Below are positions 1 to 13,072 of a stretch of DNA of 64,000 bases, piece after piece (position 1 is the stretch's first letter; each line of letters opens with the position of its first letter). Below the pieces are notes generated by a model. That model ran no database searches. It saw only the letters and a program-made list of their open reading frames with translations, and had not been told where the DNA came from. This stretch comes from Octopus bimaculoides. Taxonomy: Eukaryota. The stretch is from contig NC_068984.1 of assembly GCF_001194135.2 (NCBI RefSeq), positions 136,949,388 to 137,013,387 on the forward strand, read 5' to 3'. Made by a program: the position numbers and the translations under genes.

Positions 1-156
1 GTGCTTTTTAGATGCCACTGGCATGTGGGCCAGTCAGTGGGCGCTGGCATCGGCCATGTTCGGATAGTGCGTTTTAGATGCCACTGGCATGTGGGCCAGT
101 CAGTGGGCGCTGGCATCGGCCATGTTTGGATGGTGCTTTTTAGATGCCACTGGCAC
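1..156. repeat. 66-bp tandem repeat (about 2.4 copies, truncated by the window edge), derived from the family B interior
   Basis: Unit starts at 1, 67 and 133. Confidence 0.85.
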
Positions 157-396
157 AGGGGCCGTGTGTGTGTATAACGGTCTTCTGTAAAGTTACAGTT
201 TCTTTCCCCCTACAAAATTTCACCCATATGGCATTGGTCAACCTAAAGTTAAAACCAACGATACATGTAACACACTAGGATCGAACCTGAACTGTGTAAA
301 CCCTAAGCAAACTCCTAAATCACACAGTCACACTAACACACACACTCACACATACACACAAACATAACACACATGTATAACACATCACTGGAGTGT

Positions 397-433
<37 letters not shown>

Positions 434-676
434 ATACATCAATGTAAATGCATATGTGATGAAGATGGAAACATGAAAAGAGGTATTAAGTACACAAAAC
501 CCAGTTCGGAAAAGAAGTGTTCTGTTGTAAACACGTGCTAAGTGTTAGCATCAAAAGAAATGCATACACAGATCTGTGCATNNNNNNNNNNNNNNNNNNN
601 NNNNNNNNNNNNNNNNNNNNNNNNNNNNNNNNNNNNNNATGCATACATATATATACATACATACACATACATATAC

Positions 677-707
<31 letters not shown>

Positions 708-774
708 CATACATATATATACATACAGACACATGCATACATATATATACATACATACACATACATATACAAAC

Positions 775-805
<31 letters not shown>

Positions 806-1492
806 CATACATATATATATATATATATACGTACATACATACATATATATACAAACATACATGCATGTATGTATGTATGTATGTATGTATGTATGCATGT
901 ATATATGTATATATATGTATGTATGCATAAGCCCACCACCACCTTCACTATCGCCATCAACAAGTCTCTGCCAGTAAAATTTCAGGTCGAGACAAAAGAG
1001 AAGGAGAAGCACCAAAAGCCGTAGAATTTCTCAAAGTAGCACTGTAAATGTATATTTAGCAAATATAGCTGGGCAACACATCAATATCGCTATAAGACAG
1101 AATTCCATATAGATTCACTGTAGTTGACGCTAATTCCAAAAGGCTGTTGCCATTAGCAACTGATTTGCATTAAAGATGCAACAGAATGCACAATAATCTG
1201 TTGTGAGATAAGCAGGTAAAATTCAAAAACTAACAACAACAACAACAGCAACAACAACAACAAGTGAAATGACAGTAATAAAATAACAATGCTTCCCTAC
1301 TGTTTCCACCCCCACCCACTTTCATTTTGTCTTTGTTGTTTTATATATTTTTTCTTAAAAAAATTATTTCTTAAATTTATTTTTATTTAGTTCATTTTAT
1401 TTTTTTTTTCGAGTATTTATGAATTTTTCTATAGAAAAATAAAGCTTTAACTGTCATTTTTAAGTGCAAAGTTTCAAGACATCATCACCATC

Positions 1493-1524
<32 letters not shown>

Positions 1525-1827
1525 CATCATCATTATCATCATCATCATCATCAACATCATCATCTTCTCCTTCTACATCTTTCTGAAATGCCTGGAAAGT
1601 TCTGATTTCTTAACAGTGAACAATAAACCCTAACAGCTAGAAAGACTTCACAAAGGCACTTCACCTGTTAGAAATAACAGCTAAATATCTCCGAAATTAT
1701 ACTCTAACACACTGGATCTTACCTTAACGGTAGCACTCTTTCCTTGGTATTGTGAGCTCAGAAGGGGACACCAAATGACAAGGAGCACACGAGTCATTCT
1801 AGAGGGGTGGTAATCATTTTTAGGAAT

Positions 1828-2125
1828 AGCACCTGTGTTGGTGCCACGTATAAAGCACCCATGCCAGGGTCATGTAAAAGTCACCCGTGCCGGTGCCACA
1901 TAAAAACAGTCTGTGCCAGTGCCACTTGGAAAAGCACCTGTACCAGTGCCATGTAAAAATCACCTGGCACCCTCGGTAAAGAGGTTGGTGCTAGGAAGGG
2001 CATCCAGCCATAGTAACCATAGCAAAACAGACAATTGGAGGGTGGGTAGCACCCCAGCTCCTGTCAAATCCTCCAACCCACACCAGCATGGATGTTAAAT
2101 GTTGCTGCTGATGCTGCTGCTGTTG
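1828..2125 (+). mobile_element. Family B element with a 26-bp sub-repeat head
   Basis: Several GTGCCACATAAAAAGCACC-like units precede the family B body. Confidence 0.7.
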
Positions 2126-3041
2126 TTATCTACCCTGAAAGGATGAAAGGCAGTCCAGCATGGTAATGATTTTGCCAGCTCATTTCTGCGAGCGTATTTA
2201 TATTCCATGTTGTCATGGCTTGGGTAGAGTGATGCAGAAGTTGATATGGTTGCTCTGTATTTTTTCAAAGAGCTGTCGGATAGAGATGTCTCTTTCTCGA
2301 GTAACAGGGAATGGTTGGCCATGGGAAGAGGATCTGGCCATGAAATAACTCTCCTCAATAACTGCCTCAAATAGCTCTCCATCCAAGCCCATGGTAGCAT
2401 GGAGAAACAGGAATTAAATGAATAAACAAATGAGAGAATATATATGTATGCATGTGTATATATGTATATACATACATACATATATATAGATAGATATAGA
2501 TATAGATATAGATATATATAAGCAAAATAAGACGAGATAGAAAATGCAAAAATAATTTTATCATGAAGAACATTTTAGTACCGGTTTCAGTCTTTGCAAC
2601 TTTTTCAACTTAGAGTAAAGCATGAAAAAAAACAATTAAATTGTGGAAAAATTAAATGAGATGTCTTATATATACATACACACACACACACACACATACA
2701 TACATACATACATACATACACACACACATGTATATATACATACATAATACACATACATATATAATCACACATATACTTACACACACACATACATATATAT
2801 ACATACATATACATACATACATACATATATACATACATATACATACATACATACATACNNNNNNNNNNCACACACACACACACACATACATACATACATA
2901 CATACATACACACACACATGTATATATACATACATAATACACATACATATATAATCACACATATACTTACACACACACATACATATATATACATACATAT
3001 ACATACATACATACATATATACATACATATACATACATACA

Positions 3042-3073
<32 letters not shown>

Positions 3074-4664
3074 ACAACATACACATATATATGTATTATA
3101 TGTACACATCAAGTGAAAGTAACAATGTGTGGATGAACATTGTAAATAGCAACATATAACAACATCTGATATATATATATGTGTGTGTGTATGCGTGTGT
3201 GTGTGTACATATCTGCAAGTATATGTATGTATACATGCCACACAACAGAGTGGCTGCCAAAACCAAAATACTGTAAGAATGTGAACCATAAAAGTGTTCA
3301 CTGTGTATCAATAGCTGCAAGTTATCGTTGTCAGTATTGCTGGTGGTGTTAAAAAAGAAAACCTAGAAGCACTTCACCAGAGGTGCAAGAGTACCAGGGA
3401 GGGAAAAGACTCAGGCAACAAAATTAAAAAAGAAAGAAAAAAAACGGAGAGAAAGAGCAAAAGACAGTGCGGGAGAAACAAGTGGAAGGCTAATAAGCAG
3501 AGTGCTGGTGGTGGGTTGTGGAAGTAGGGCAAGGGAGGTAGTTCAGGAGATAAAGGGAGATAATGATGGGATTCTATTGGCGTGGGAAATTGATCGACAT
3601 AATGAAAGCAGTAAGAATTCTACAGCGATAATTAAATGACTTGTTCTATATTGCAAACCAAACAAACAAAAAAAAAAGGTAGGACCTAGAAATACTAGCA
3701 GAAATAACCTTCAGGCCATAAGTTTTTTCAGCGATATTGCTGCCAGCGTGGAATTAAAAATACAAGACAATTATATAACTCGGAAAAAAATTTCTTGAAA
3801 ACAAAATGAGAGAGAGAGAGAGAGAGAACTGCCTGGTTTCTTCCATAATCAGTCGCAACTTATCTCAAGAAACTACAAAACCTGAAAGTTTAAAGCAATC
3901 AATAAAATATGATCAATTTATTTATATGACAGTTAAATGCAGTTAGCGTTATGGTTTAGCTCTAAGTTAGTTCTGATTGGGTGAATCGGCAGACTTACGA
4001 TTTTACATTCCATCCGTGGCCATCCAGTACTTTGGGGTTGGGTATGTAGGACTCTGTTATCTGAAATATCTTTTGTCTTTTACGTGTCTCAATCACTGGA
4101 TTGCAGCCAGCCATGTTGGGGACACCACATTGAAGGGTTGAAGCCAAAACAAAATCAACACCCAGTTGACAACTGACAGGTCTCTTAAACCCTTGAAGGT
4201 CATTGGAATGCTATAGCCATGCAGCGTATCTAGGGTGAGAAAGTGAGGTGGAGCCCATCCATCTCCAAGCTAAACTCATTTATTTCTACAGCTGAGTGGA
4301 CTAGAGCAACATGAAATGAAGTGTCTTGCTCAAGAACACAACGGATCAGCTGGTCCAGGGATCGAAACCACGATTTTACGATCGTGAGTCCAACACCCTA
4401 ACCACTAAACCACACACCTCCACACCCAATACTTAGCTTTTAAGTTTGGTAATTATTCCATCAGTTCTCTTTTGCTGAACTGCTAGGTTCCAGGGATGTA
4501 AACAAATACTGGTTGTCAAGTGGTGAGAAAGGGAGAAACACAAATGCAAACACACACACACATATTCTTTATGACTTTTTCCATCCCAGGAGTTTTTTAA
4601 AATACTATTTACACGTTATTATTCATAACTTTATCTACTCTCAGTTCCACTGTAAAAAAATCAA

Positions 4665-4946
4665 TTTATCATCATCATCATCGTCGATTAATGTCCACTT
4701 TCCATGCTGGCATGGGATGGACGGTTTGACTAGGGGACTGGTGAGCCAGATGGCTGTACCGGGCCCCAATCTGATCTGGCAGAGTTTTTACAGCTGGATG
4801 CCCTTCCTAACGCCAACCACTCTGAGAGTGTAGTGGGTGCTTTTTACGTACCATCAGCACAAAGGCCAGTTAGGCAGTACTGGCAACGACCACGCTCAAA
4901 TGGTGTTTTTACAGGTCACCTGTACAGGAGTCAGTCCAGCGGCACT
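4665..4946 (-). mobile_element. Family B element
   Basis: (ATC)n tail followed by the reverse consensus. Confidence 0.8.
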
Positions 4947-5159
4947 GGCATTTACATACATATATATATATANNNNNNNNNNTATATATAGGGAAAATGA
5001 GAAGGGTATAGATTAATGAAATGACGACACAGAGGACAGGAGTAATGGAATAAGGAGATGAAGAAAGAGAAGAAAAAGAAGAAATGAGAAGAAAAAGAAG
5101 AAATGAGAAGAAAAAGGAGAAAAAAAGGGAAGAAAAAAGAAGCATGTTCTGAGGTCAAT

Positions 5160-6375
5160 GGTACTGGCATGGGTGCTTTTTAGGTAGAACCAGATTGGGT
5201 GCATTTTACATGGCACTGACACAGTTGCATTTTATGTGGCACCGGTACAGGTGTCTTTTACAAGGCACTAGCACAGGTGCTTTTTACATAGTACCTGCAT
5301 GGTTGCTTTTTACACGGTACCAGTACGGTTACTTTTTACATGCTACCAGCACAATTACTTTTTACATGGTACCAGCAGAGGTGCTTTTTACATGGTACCA
5401 GCATGGTTGCTTTTTACATGGTACCTGCACAATTGCTTTTTACGTGGTACGTGCTCAGTTGCATTTTACATGGTACCAGCATCATTGCTTTTTACATGGT
5501 ACCAGCATGGTTGCTTTTTATATGGTACCTGCACAGTTGCTTTTTACATGGTACCAGCATCATTGCTTTTTACATGGAACCAGCATGGTTGCTTTTTATA
5601 TGGTGCCTGCATGGTTGCTTTACACATAGTACCAACATCATTGCTTTTTACATGGTACCAGCATGGTTGCTTTTTACATGGTACCAGCACAATTGCTTTT
5701 TACATGGTACCAGCATCATTGCTTNNNNNNNNNNNNNNNNNNNNNNNNNNNNNNNNNNNNNNNNNNNNNNNNNNNNNNNNNNNNNNNNNNNNNNNNNNNN
5801 NNNNNNNNNNNNNNNNNNNNNNNNNNNNNNNNNNNNNNNNNNNNNNNNNNNNNNNNNNNNNNNNNNNNNNNNNNNNNNNNNNNNNCTTTTTATATGGTGC
5901 CTGCATGGTTGCTTTACACATAGTACCAACATCATTGCTTTTTACATGGTACCAGCATGGTTGCTTTTTACATGGTACCAGCACAATTGCTTTTTACATG
6001 GTACCAGCATCATTGCTTTTTACATGGTACCAGCACAATTGCTTTTTACATGGTACCAGCATGGTTGCTCTTTACATGGTACCAGCACAGTTGCTTTTTA
6101 CATGGTACCAGCATCATTGCTTTTTACATGGTACCAGCATGGTTGTTTTTTATATGGTGCCTGCATGGTTGCTTTACACATAGTACCAACATCATTGCTT
6201 TTTACATGGTACCAGCATGGTTGCTTTTTACATGGTACCAGCACAATTGCTTTTTACATGGTACCAGCATCATTGCTCTTTACATGGTACCAGCACAGTT
6301 GCTTTTCACATGGTATCAACACGGTTGCTTTCAACATAGTACCAGCAGAGGTGCTTTTTACATGGTACCAGCACC
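5160..6375. repeat. 26-bp minisatellite, core TTGCTTTTTACATGGTACCAGCA plus a variable 3-mer
   Basis: About 40 visible units plus a 161-N gap. The supplied ORFs here show a 26-aa (3-unit) periodicity. Confidence 0.95.
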
Positions 6376-7134
6376 AACATGGTCAATGCTATTTAATCAG
6401 AGAGTAAATGTCCACATTTCAAAAGCTTCCAGTTTGTCAGATAGAGTTTCCGTCAATGTCCATGTTTCTACACCATATACTAGCATGGACCATATATAAC
6501 ATTTACCGTCATACACACAGCTACACACACAAACATATATACAGACTCTTTGGAGATAGACAGAAGAGAAAAACAAAAAATACTCTGAAACTGCATCTTG
6601 GATTATAATAATTTAACCCGTTCCCATAAAACAAGATATAAAGTTGAAAAAGTTAATTTGATGGTCACAGAGTCACTAAAACAATCAGACTGTTAGATAC
6701 AGCAAGAAGTGAAAGAATAATGGCTCTTATCATACAATCCAGGCTACCATTTTTCAAAATGGTCTTTACATTGCTAAAACTTTACAAGTAGTATCTGTGG
6801 CAATAGCCATATTTCACTGCACATTTAGCATGCAACCTACAATTCAGAATTGTTCTTTGTCCATGTGTGTTTATAATGAAAATATATATACATAACTGTT
6901 CTTATACATGGTCCGTGTGTGTGTGTGTGTGTGGGTGTGTGCGTGTGTGTGTAAACATAAAGGCACACATACATATCCATATACAGACATTTATCTATAC
7001 TAATAAACAATATACAAAAACACACACAAAAAAAACATACATGCACACATAAATATTTCATCTTTACACATATACACAAAAAATAATTCAATAAATCATA
7101 TGTATATACTAACACACACACACACATATATACA

Positions 7135-7166
<32 letters not shown>

Positions 7167-7332
7167 CGTGTGTGAGTGTGTGCGTTTGTGTGTATACATA
7201 TACATTTACACATATACATTAGTATATACACACACAAATTTACATGCACCCTACACACCCGCAAACACATACTTACAGACTAACATACATATATATCTAT
7301 AAACAAAACACAATACACACACACACATGCAC

Positions 7333-8045
7333 ACACTCAAAATTATACAGACGTACACAGACATAGCTGCATATGAACACACATACAGCTACTAAAATAC
7401 AAACACACACACACACACACACACTCAAAATTATACAGANNNNNNNNNNNNNNNNNNNNNNNNNNNNNNNNNNNNNNNNNNNNNNNNNNNNNNNNNNNNN
7501 NNNNNNNNNNNNNNNNNNNNNNNNNNNNNNNNNNNNNNNNNNNNNNNNNNNNNNNNNNNNNNNNNNNNNNNNNNNNNNNNNNNNNNNNNNNNNNNNNNNN
7601 NNNNNNNNNNNNNNNNNNNNNNNNNNNNNNNNNNNNNNNNNNNNNNNNNNNNNNNNNNNNNNNNNNNNNNNNNNNNNNNNNNNNNNNNNNNNNNNNNNNN
7701 NNNNNNNNNNNNNNNNNNNNNNNCGTACACAGACATAGCTGCATATGAACACACATACAGCTACTAAAATACAAACACACACACACACACACTCAAAATT
7801 ATACAGACGTACACAGACATAGCTGCATATGAACACACATACAGCTACTAAAATACAAACACACACACACACACACACACTCAAAATTATACAGATGTAC
7901 ACAGACATAGCTGCACATGAACACACATACAGCTACTAAAATACACACACACCCACATATACATAGACACATACACACACACTCCAAATCATAGTCGTAC
8001 AGAGACATACCTGCACATGATCACACATACAACCACTAAAATACA
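7333..8045. repeat. About 88-bp minisatellite with an embedded (CA)n tract
   Basis: CTCAAAATTATACAGACGTACACAGACATAGCTGCATATGAACACACATACAGCTACTAAAATAC repeated on both sides of a gap. Confidence 0.9.
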
Positions 8046-8309
8046 AATCCAGATTTACTCACAAATGCAAACATACGACTGACACACGAACAAAAACACA
8101 GAAATATGCAGAGGTCTTTCAAGACCAAAGAACCATTAAAAAATATATAAAAAAAAAGAAAAACATAATTTACATAAATTTGATTCCACAAAGGACCAAA
8201 TGTGACGACAAACTTCAAAGCAATTCTTAAATTCTATTATTTCAAAATGTAGTAATATTTAGCTTGGTATTTTTTTACTGACTATCTCAGCTTTTATGAT
8301 TTATTTGCT

Positions 8310-8633
8310 CCAGTCATTGGACTGTGGCCATGCTGGGGCACGGCTTAAAGGTTTTGATTCAACAAATCGACTCCAGTGGTTATTTTTTGCGCTTGGTACT
8401 TATGGTAGGTGTAAACAAACCAACACAAGTTGCCAGAGTGTTTTGTGACGCACACAAATGCACACGTGTGCATGTACGTTGTTTGAAGCACTGAGAAATT
8501 TCCAAATAAGCCAAAATACAAATAAAGCTGTCAAGAAATAAATAAATAAACAGATCATAATAAATATTTGGTAAATATACCCCCTAAAACAGGAATAAGA
8601 AGACAGAATCACCAGCATTCAATCTTCTTAAAA

Positions 8634-8665
<32 letters not shown>

Positions 8666-9168
8666 CATCATCATCGTTTAACGTCCGCCTTCCATGCTAG
8701 CATGGGTTGGACGATGTGACTGAGGACTGGTGAAACAGGATGGCAACACCAGGCTCCAATCTAATTTGGCAGAGTTTCTACAGCTGGATGCCCTTCCTAA
8801 CGCCAACCACTCAGAGAGTGTAGTGGGTGCTTTTACGTGTCACCCGCACGAAAACGGCCACGCTCGAAATGGTGTCTTTTATGTGCCACCCGCACAAGAG
8901 CCAGTCCAGGGGCACCGGCAACGATCTCGCTTGAAAAACCTCATGTGTCACTCGCACAAGAGCCAGTCCATGGGCACTGGCAACGATCTCGCACGATATA
9001 TATACGACGGGCTTCTTTCAGTTTCCATCTACCAAATCCACCCACAAGGCTTTGGTCGGCCTGAGGCTATAGTAGAAGACACTTGCCCAAGATGATACGC
9101 AGTGGGACTGAACCCGGAACCATGTGGTTAGTAAGCAAGCTGCTTTCCACACAGCCACTCCTGCGCCT
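8310..9168 (-). mobile_element. SINE family A interrupted by a family B element (8665-8992) in its internal microsatellite
   Basis: 3' part at about 8310-8460 and head at about 8995-9168 flank the family B copy. Confidence 0.65.
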
Positions 9169-9607
9169 ATATATATATATATATATATTATAATGGAATA
9201 ATTATTATGAAGCATTGTGTAGAATATATTTCAATTTCTTGAAAATGGGGTCATAACCTCAAAATATTGAATACAAGGTACGTCTACGTTAATTCACATA
9301 TTTGTTTTCTTGTGATTTATCTTGCATTTACTTCACATTGCTTTGGCCTTACCCACGATCTTTTACACAATATATATATACATACATATATATTTATACA
9401 CACACACACATACAAATACACCCACCTATCAATACCACTACTAGCTCACTCTTCTATCCAATTTCCATCTTCCATTCACAAATACTTCCATTATACAACC
9501 ATTTTATTTGATGGATCAAAATTTGTAACACAATATAGCATATCTAAACACCATGAAATATATGGGGTTTTTGTTTTTTTTTTTACAGGAGAGCATTGCA
9601 TATTTAC

Positions 9608-9771
9608 CAAAATATCTGTCATGATCCTATAATCTTCAATTACATTGGATTTTGCTTCATTTATCCTTGCGACAAGACCCATTGCGACTCCAGCCACGGG
9701 TTCCTTAATTGGTACACCGGCATCCATTAGTGCAAGGCTGCCACCACATACAGAAGCCATAGAAGAGGAAC
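9608..9771 (-). CDS. PNPT1: PNPase internal exon (164 nt, phase 1 to 0): (G)[54 protein letters not shown]
   Basis: Acceptor ctgttttAG, donor GTAAAT. Completes SNGSSSMAS and contains the [12 protein letters not shown] and DY..TDIL motifs. Overlaps supplied ORF 9491..9760. Confidence 0.98.
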
Positions 9772-10465
9772 CTAAAACAGAGAGAAGAAGAAGATGAAGA
9801 AATAATAATCCTTTCTACTATAGGCAAGGGCCAAAATTTGTAGGTGTGGGGTGGGGGGAGAATTAGTCGATTACGTCAAACCGAGTGTTTCACTGTTACT
9901 GAATTTATCGACCCCGAAAGGATGAAAGGCAAAGTCGACCCTAGCAGTATTTGAACTCAGAACGTGATGACAGACAAAATACCACATTTTACCTGGCGTG
10001 CTAACGATTCTGCCAGCTCATCACCTTCAGGGAGAGAAATGACGATGCAATCAAAACTAATATAAATTAAAAAACATGGATCTGTTTCATTGGACTTTTC
10101 AAAAAACGGTCTTAGGCATGCAATGAACAAAATAAATAGGGTGAATCTATATTGATTTCATTTGTTTTGTTTATTTTGTTTATTGCATACCTACAGGTAT
10201 TTATTCATATTCTAACTAAACTTGGTGTATTGGACATGTCATCAGAGCCTAGGCTAGATCACCTTGCAGTCTTTGTTTCAATTCTCTATAGCTCTGGGTT
10301 CAAATCCTGTCAAATGCTAACTTTGCGTTTTATCCTTTCAGGGGCCAGTTAAACAGCACCACTCAAATGTGGTAAGGTGTGTATGTATATGCGTGTATGT
10401 ATGTATATGTGTATGAATGTGTGTGTGTGTGTATATGTATATGTGTATGAATGTGTGTGTGTGCA

Positions 10466-10683
10466 GAAACATTAGCACGCCGGGCGAAATGCTTAGCGGT
10501 ATTTCGTCTGCCGCTACGTTCTGAGTTCAAATTCCGCCGAGGTCGACTTTGCTTTTCATCCTTTCGGGGTCGATTAAATAAGTACCAGTTACGCACTGGG
10601 GTCGATATAATCGACTCAATCCGTTTGTCTGTCCTTGTTTGTCCCCTCTCTGTGTAGCCCCTTGTGGGTAGTAAAGAAATAAC
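10466..10683 (+). mobile_element. SINE family C (CORE-domain-like; probably an octopus OR-type family, name unverified)
   Basis: GTTCTGAGTTCAAATTCC B-box plus GAGGTCGACTTTGCTTTTCATCCTTTCGGGGTCGAT..AAGTACCAG CORE-like block. Confidence 0.8.
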
Positions 10684-12283
10684 ACATATATATATGTTTG
10701 TATGAATGTACATATATATATATATATATANNNNNNNNNNNNNNNNNNNNNNNNNNNNNNNNNNNNNNNNNNNNNNNNNNNNNNNNNNNNNNNNNNNNNN
10801 NNNNNNNNNNNNNNNNNNNNNNNNNNNNNNNNNNNNNNNNNNNNNNNNNNNNNNNNNNNNNNNNNNNNNNNNNNNNNNNNNNNNNNNNNNNNNNNNNNNN
10901 NNNNNNNNNNNNNNNNNNNNNNNNNNNNNNNNNNNNNNNNNNNNNNNNNNNNNNNNNNNNNNNNNNNNNNNNNNNNNNNNNNNNNNNNNNNNNNNNNNNN
11001 NNNNNNNNNNNNNNNNNNNNNNNNNNNNNNNNNNNNNNNNNNNNNNNNNNNNNNNNNNNNNNNNNNNNNNNNNNNNNNNNNNNNNNNNNNNNNNNNNNNN
11101 NNNNNNNNNNNNNNNNNNNNNNNNNNNNNNNNNNNNNNNNNNNNNNNNNNNNNNNNNNNNNNNNNNNNNNNNNNNNNNNNNNNNNNNNNNNNNNNNNNNN
11201 NNNNNNNNNNNNNNNNNNNNNNNNNNNNNNNNNNNNNNNNNNNNNNNNNNNNNNNNNNNNNNNNNNNNNNNNNNNNNNNNNNNNNNNNNNNNNNNNNNNN
11301 NNNNNNNNNNNNNNNNNNNNNNNNNNNNNNNNNNNNNNNNNNNNNNNNNNNNNNNNNNNNNNNNNNNNNNNNNNNNNNNNNNNNNNNNNNNNNNNNNNNN
11401 NNNNNNNNNNNNNNNNNNNNNNNNNNNNNNNNNNNNNNNNNNNNNNNNNNNNNNNNNNNNNNNNNNNNNNNNNNNNNNNNNNNNNNNNNNNNNNNNNNNN
11501 NNNNNNNNNNNNNNNNNNNNNNNNNNNNNNNNNNNNNNNNNNNNNNNNNNNNNNNNNNNNNNNNNNNNNNNNTTTTTTTTTTTTTTTTTTAGAATCTCAA
11601 ACATCTCCATGTTTGCATTTAAACAAAAAATATGACAGTTAGAAATTGTGCCACCACTACATCATGGCAGAGAAAAGAACAATTTGTGTATGGTGGGGAA
11701 CGGATGCAGGCTATGTGTATGTTTTTTGAAAGCGGGGTATGTTTGTCTTATTTTGGCTTTTTTTTTATGTTGTTGTTGCTTTTTTTCTCTCTCTCTTAAG
11801 AGAATCTTTCACAGAATCTCAAGTGAAGTGTATGATTAGCCATTTTGCAACACACAATTCGAATTTAGATCACAAATTTAGACTTGCTTACGGCAAAAGC
11901 TGAAGTGATGTTAACTGACAGTATAATATTAAAATAAGTTTCTTGAAAAATTAACGAGGAAATTATTATTATGGAAGCTGAATAGTAAAACAGTTGTATT
12001 TCAAAAATGTGCTTCTAGTAAAAGTCGTTAACATCTTCTTTAAATTCTTCATTTAATCCATTTTTAAAAAGAAATTTTTAGGCTGACAGAAAAAGAAGCA
12101 AACAATTTTTTGCTGTTGTTGTTGTTCTTATTCACTCATTGTTAAGACTTCCTAGATTATGGCAATAGAGAAAACTAGGTGAGATTATCATGTTAACCTA
12201 CTTACTGTGTGTGGATTACGAGTTATTTCAAGGATATATGGAGAATGGATGAAAGTTCTAGAGCTTCTTCCACTTGCTGTAAA

Positions 12284-12667
12284 CTTTATTCTTTTATTCG
12301 TTTCAGTTATTTGACTGTGGCCATGCTGGAGCACTGCTTTTAGTCAAACACATCGACCCCAGGACTTACTCCTTGTAAGTCTAGTACGTATTCTATTGGT
12401 CTCTTTTGCCAAACCGCGAAGTTACAGAAATGTAAACACACCAACATCGGTTGTCAAGAAATGGTGGGGGGACAAACACAGGCACACAAACATACACACA
12501 CATATATATACGGTGAGCTTCTTTCAGTTTTTGTCTACCAAATCCAAGTCTTTGGTCAGCCTGAGCTTATAGTAGAAAACACTTGCCCAAGGTTCCATAC
12601 AGTGGAACTGAACCCAGAACCATGTGATTGGTAAGCAAGCTACTTCCCACACAGCCACGCCTGCGCC
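12284..12667 (-). mobile_element. SINE family A (tRNA-like head, internal TA/TG microsatellite, AAGAGT-type tail), full length
   Basis: Reverse complement of the shared ...CCAAAGCCTTGTGAGTGGATTTGGTAGAC...GCATGGCCACAGTCAAATGACTGAAAC consensus, which occurs more than 15 times in the window. Confidence 0.85.
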
Positions 12668-12689
12668 TATATATACCTTTCAAAATTGG

Positions 12690-13072
12690 GTGGCTTACCA
12701 GCCACATGGTTCTGGGTTCATTCCCACTCCGTGGCACCTTGGGCAAGTGTCTTCTACTATAGCCTCAGGCTGACCAAAGCCTTGTGAGTGGATTTGGTAG
12801 ACGGAAACTGAAAGAAGCCCGTTGTATATGTGTATATATATATATATATGTATGTGTGTGTATATATGTTTGGGTGTCTGTGTTTGTTCCCCCAACTTTG
12901 CTTGTCAACCGATGGTGGTGTGTTTACGTGCCCGTAACTTAGCAATTCGGCAAAAGAGACCGATAGAATAAGTACTAGGCTTACAAAGAAGTCCTGGGGT
13001 CGATTTGCTCGACTAAAGGCGGTGCTCCAGCATGGCCACAGTCAAATGACTGAAACAAGTAAAAGAGTAAAG
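12690..13072 (+). mobile_element. SINE family A, nearly full length, head-to-head with the previous copy
   Basis: Same consensus on the plus strand. Confidence 0.85.

Noticed and set aside
2670-3050. About 180-bp direct duplication on both sides of a 10-N gap (similar cases at about 36130-36240 and 5590-5940)
   Set aside because: Most likely unmerged contig overlaps rather than real duplications; long reads would be needed.
486-3320. YI/HT/CV-repeat ORFs here and throughout the window, plus X-filled ORFs over gaps
   Set aside because: They are translations of (TA)n, (CA)n and (TACA)n microsatellites or of N runs.
5160-6375. CRISPR-like appearance (conserved palindromic core plus variable part)
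   Set aside because: The variable part is only 3 nt and recurs, there are no cas genes, and the context is a eukaryotic intron.
5195-6499. Long ORFs (up to 355 aa) in all three plus frames
   Set aside because: They are a by-product of a stop-free 26-bp unit: the frames are cyclic permutations of each other, span a gap and resemble no protein family.
9491-9607. C-terminal part of supplied ORF 9491..9760 (VNMQCSPV...)
   Set aside because: This is read-through into the intron after the GTAAAT donor at 9607; similarity to PNPase ends at TDIL.
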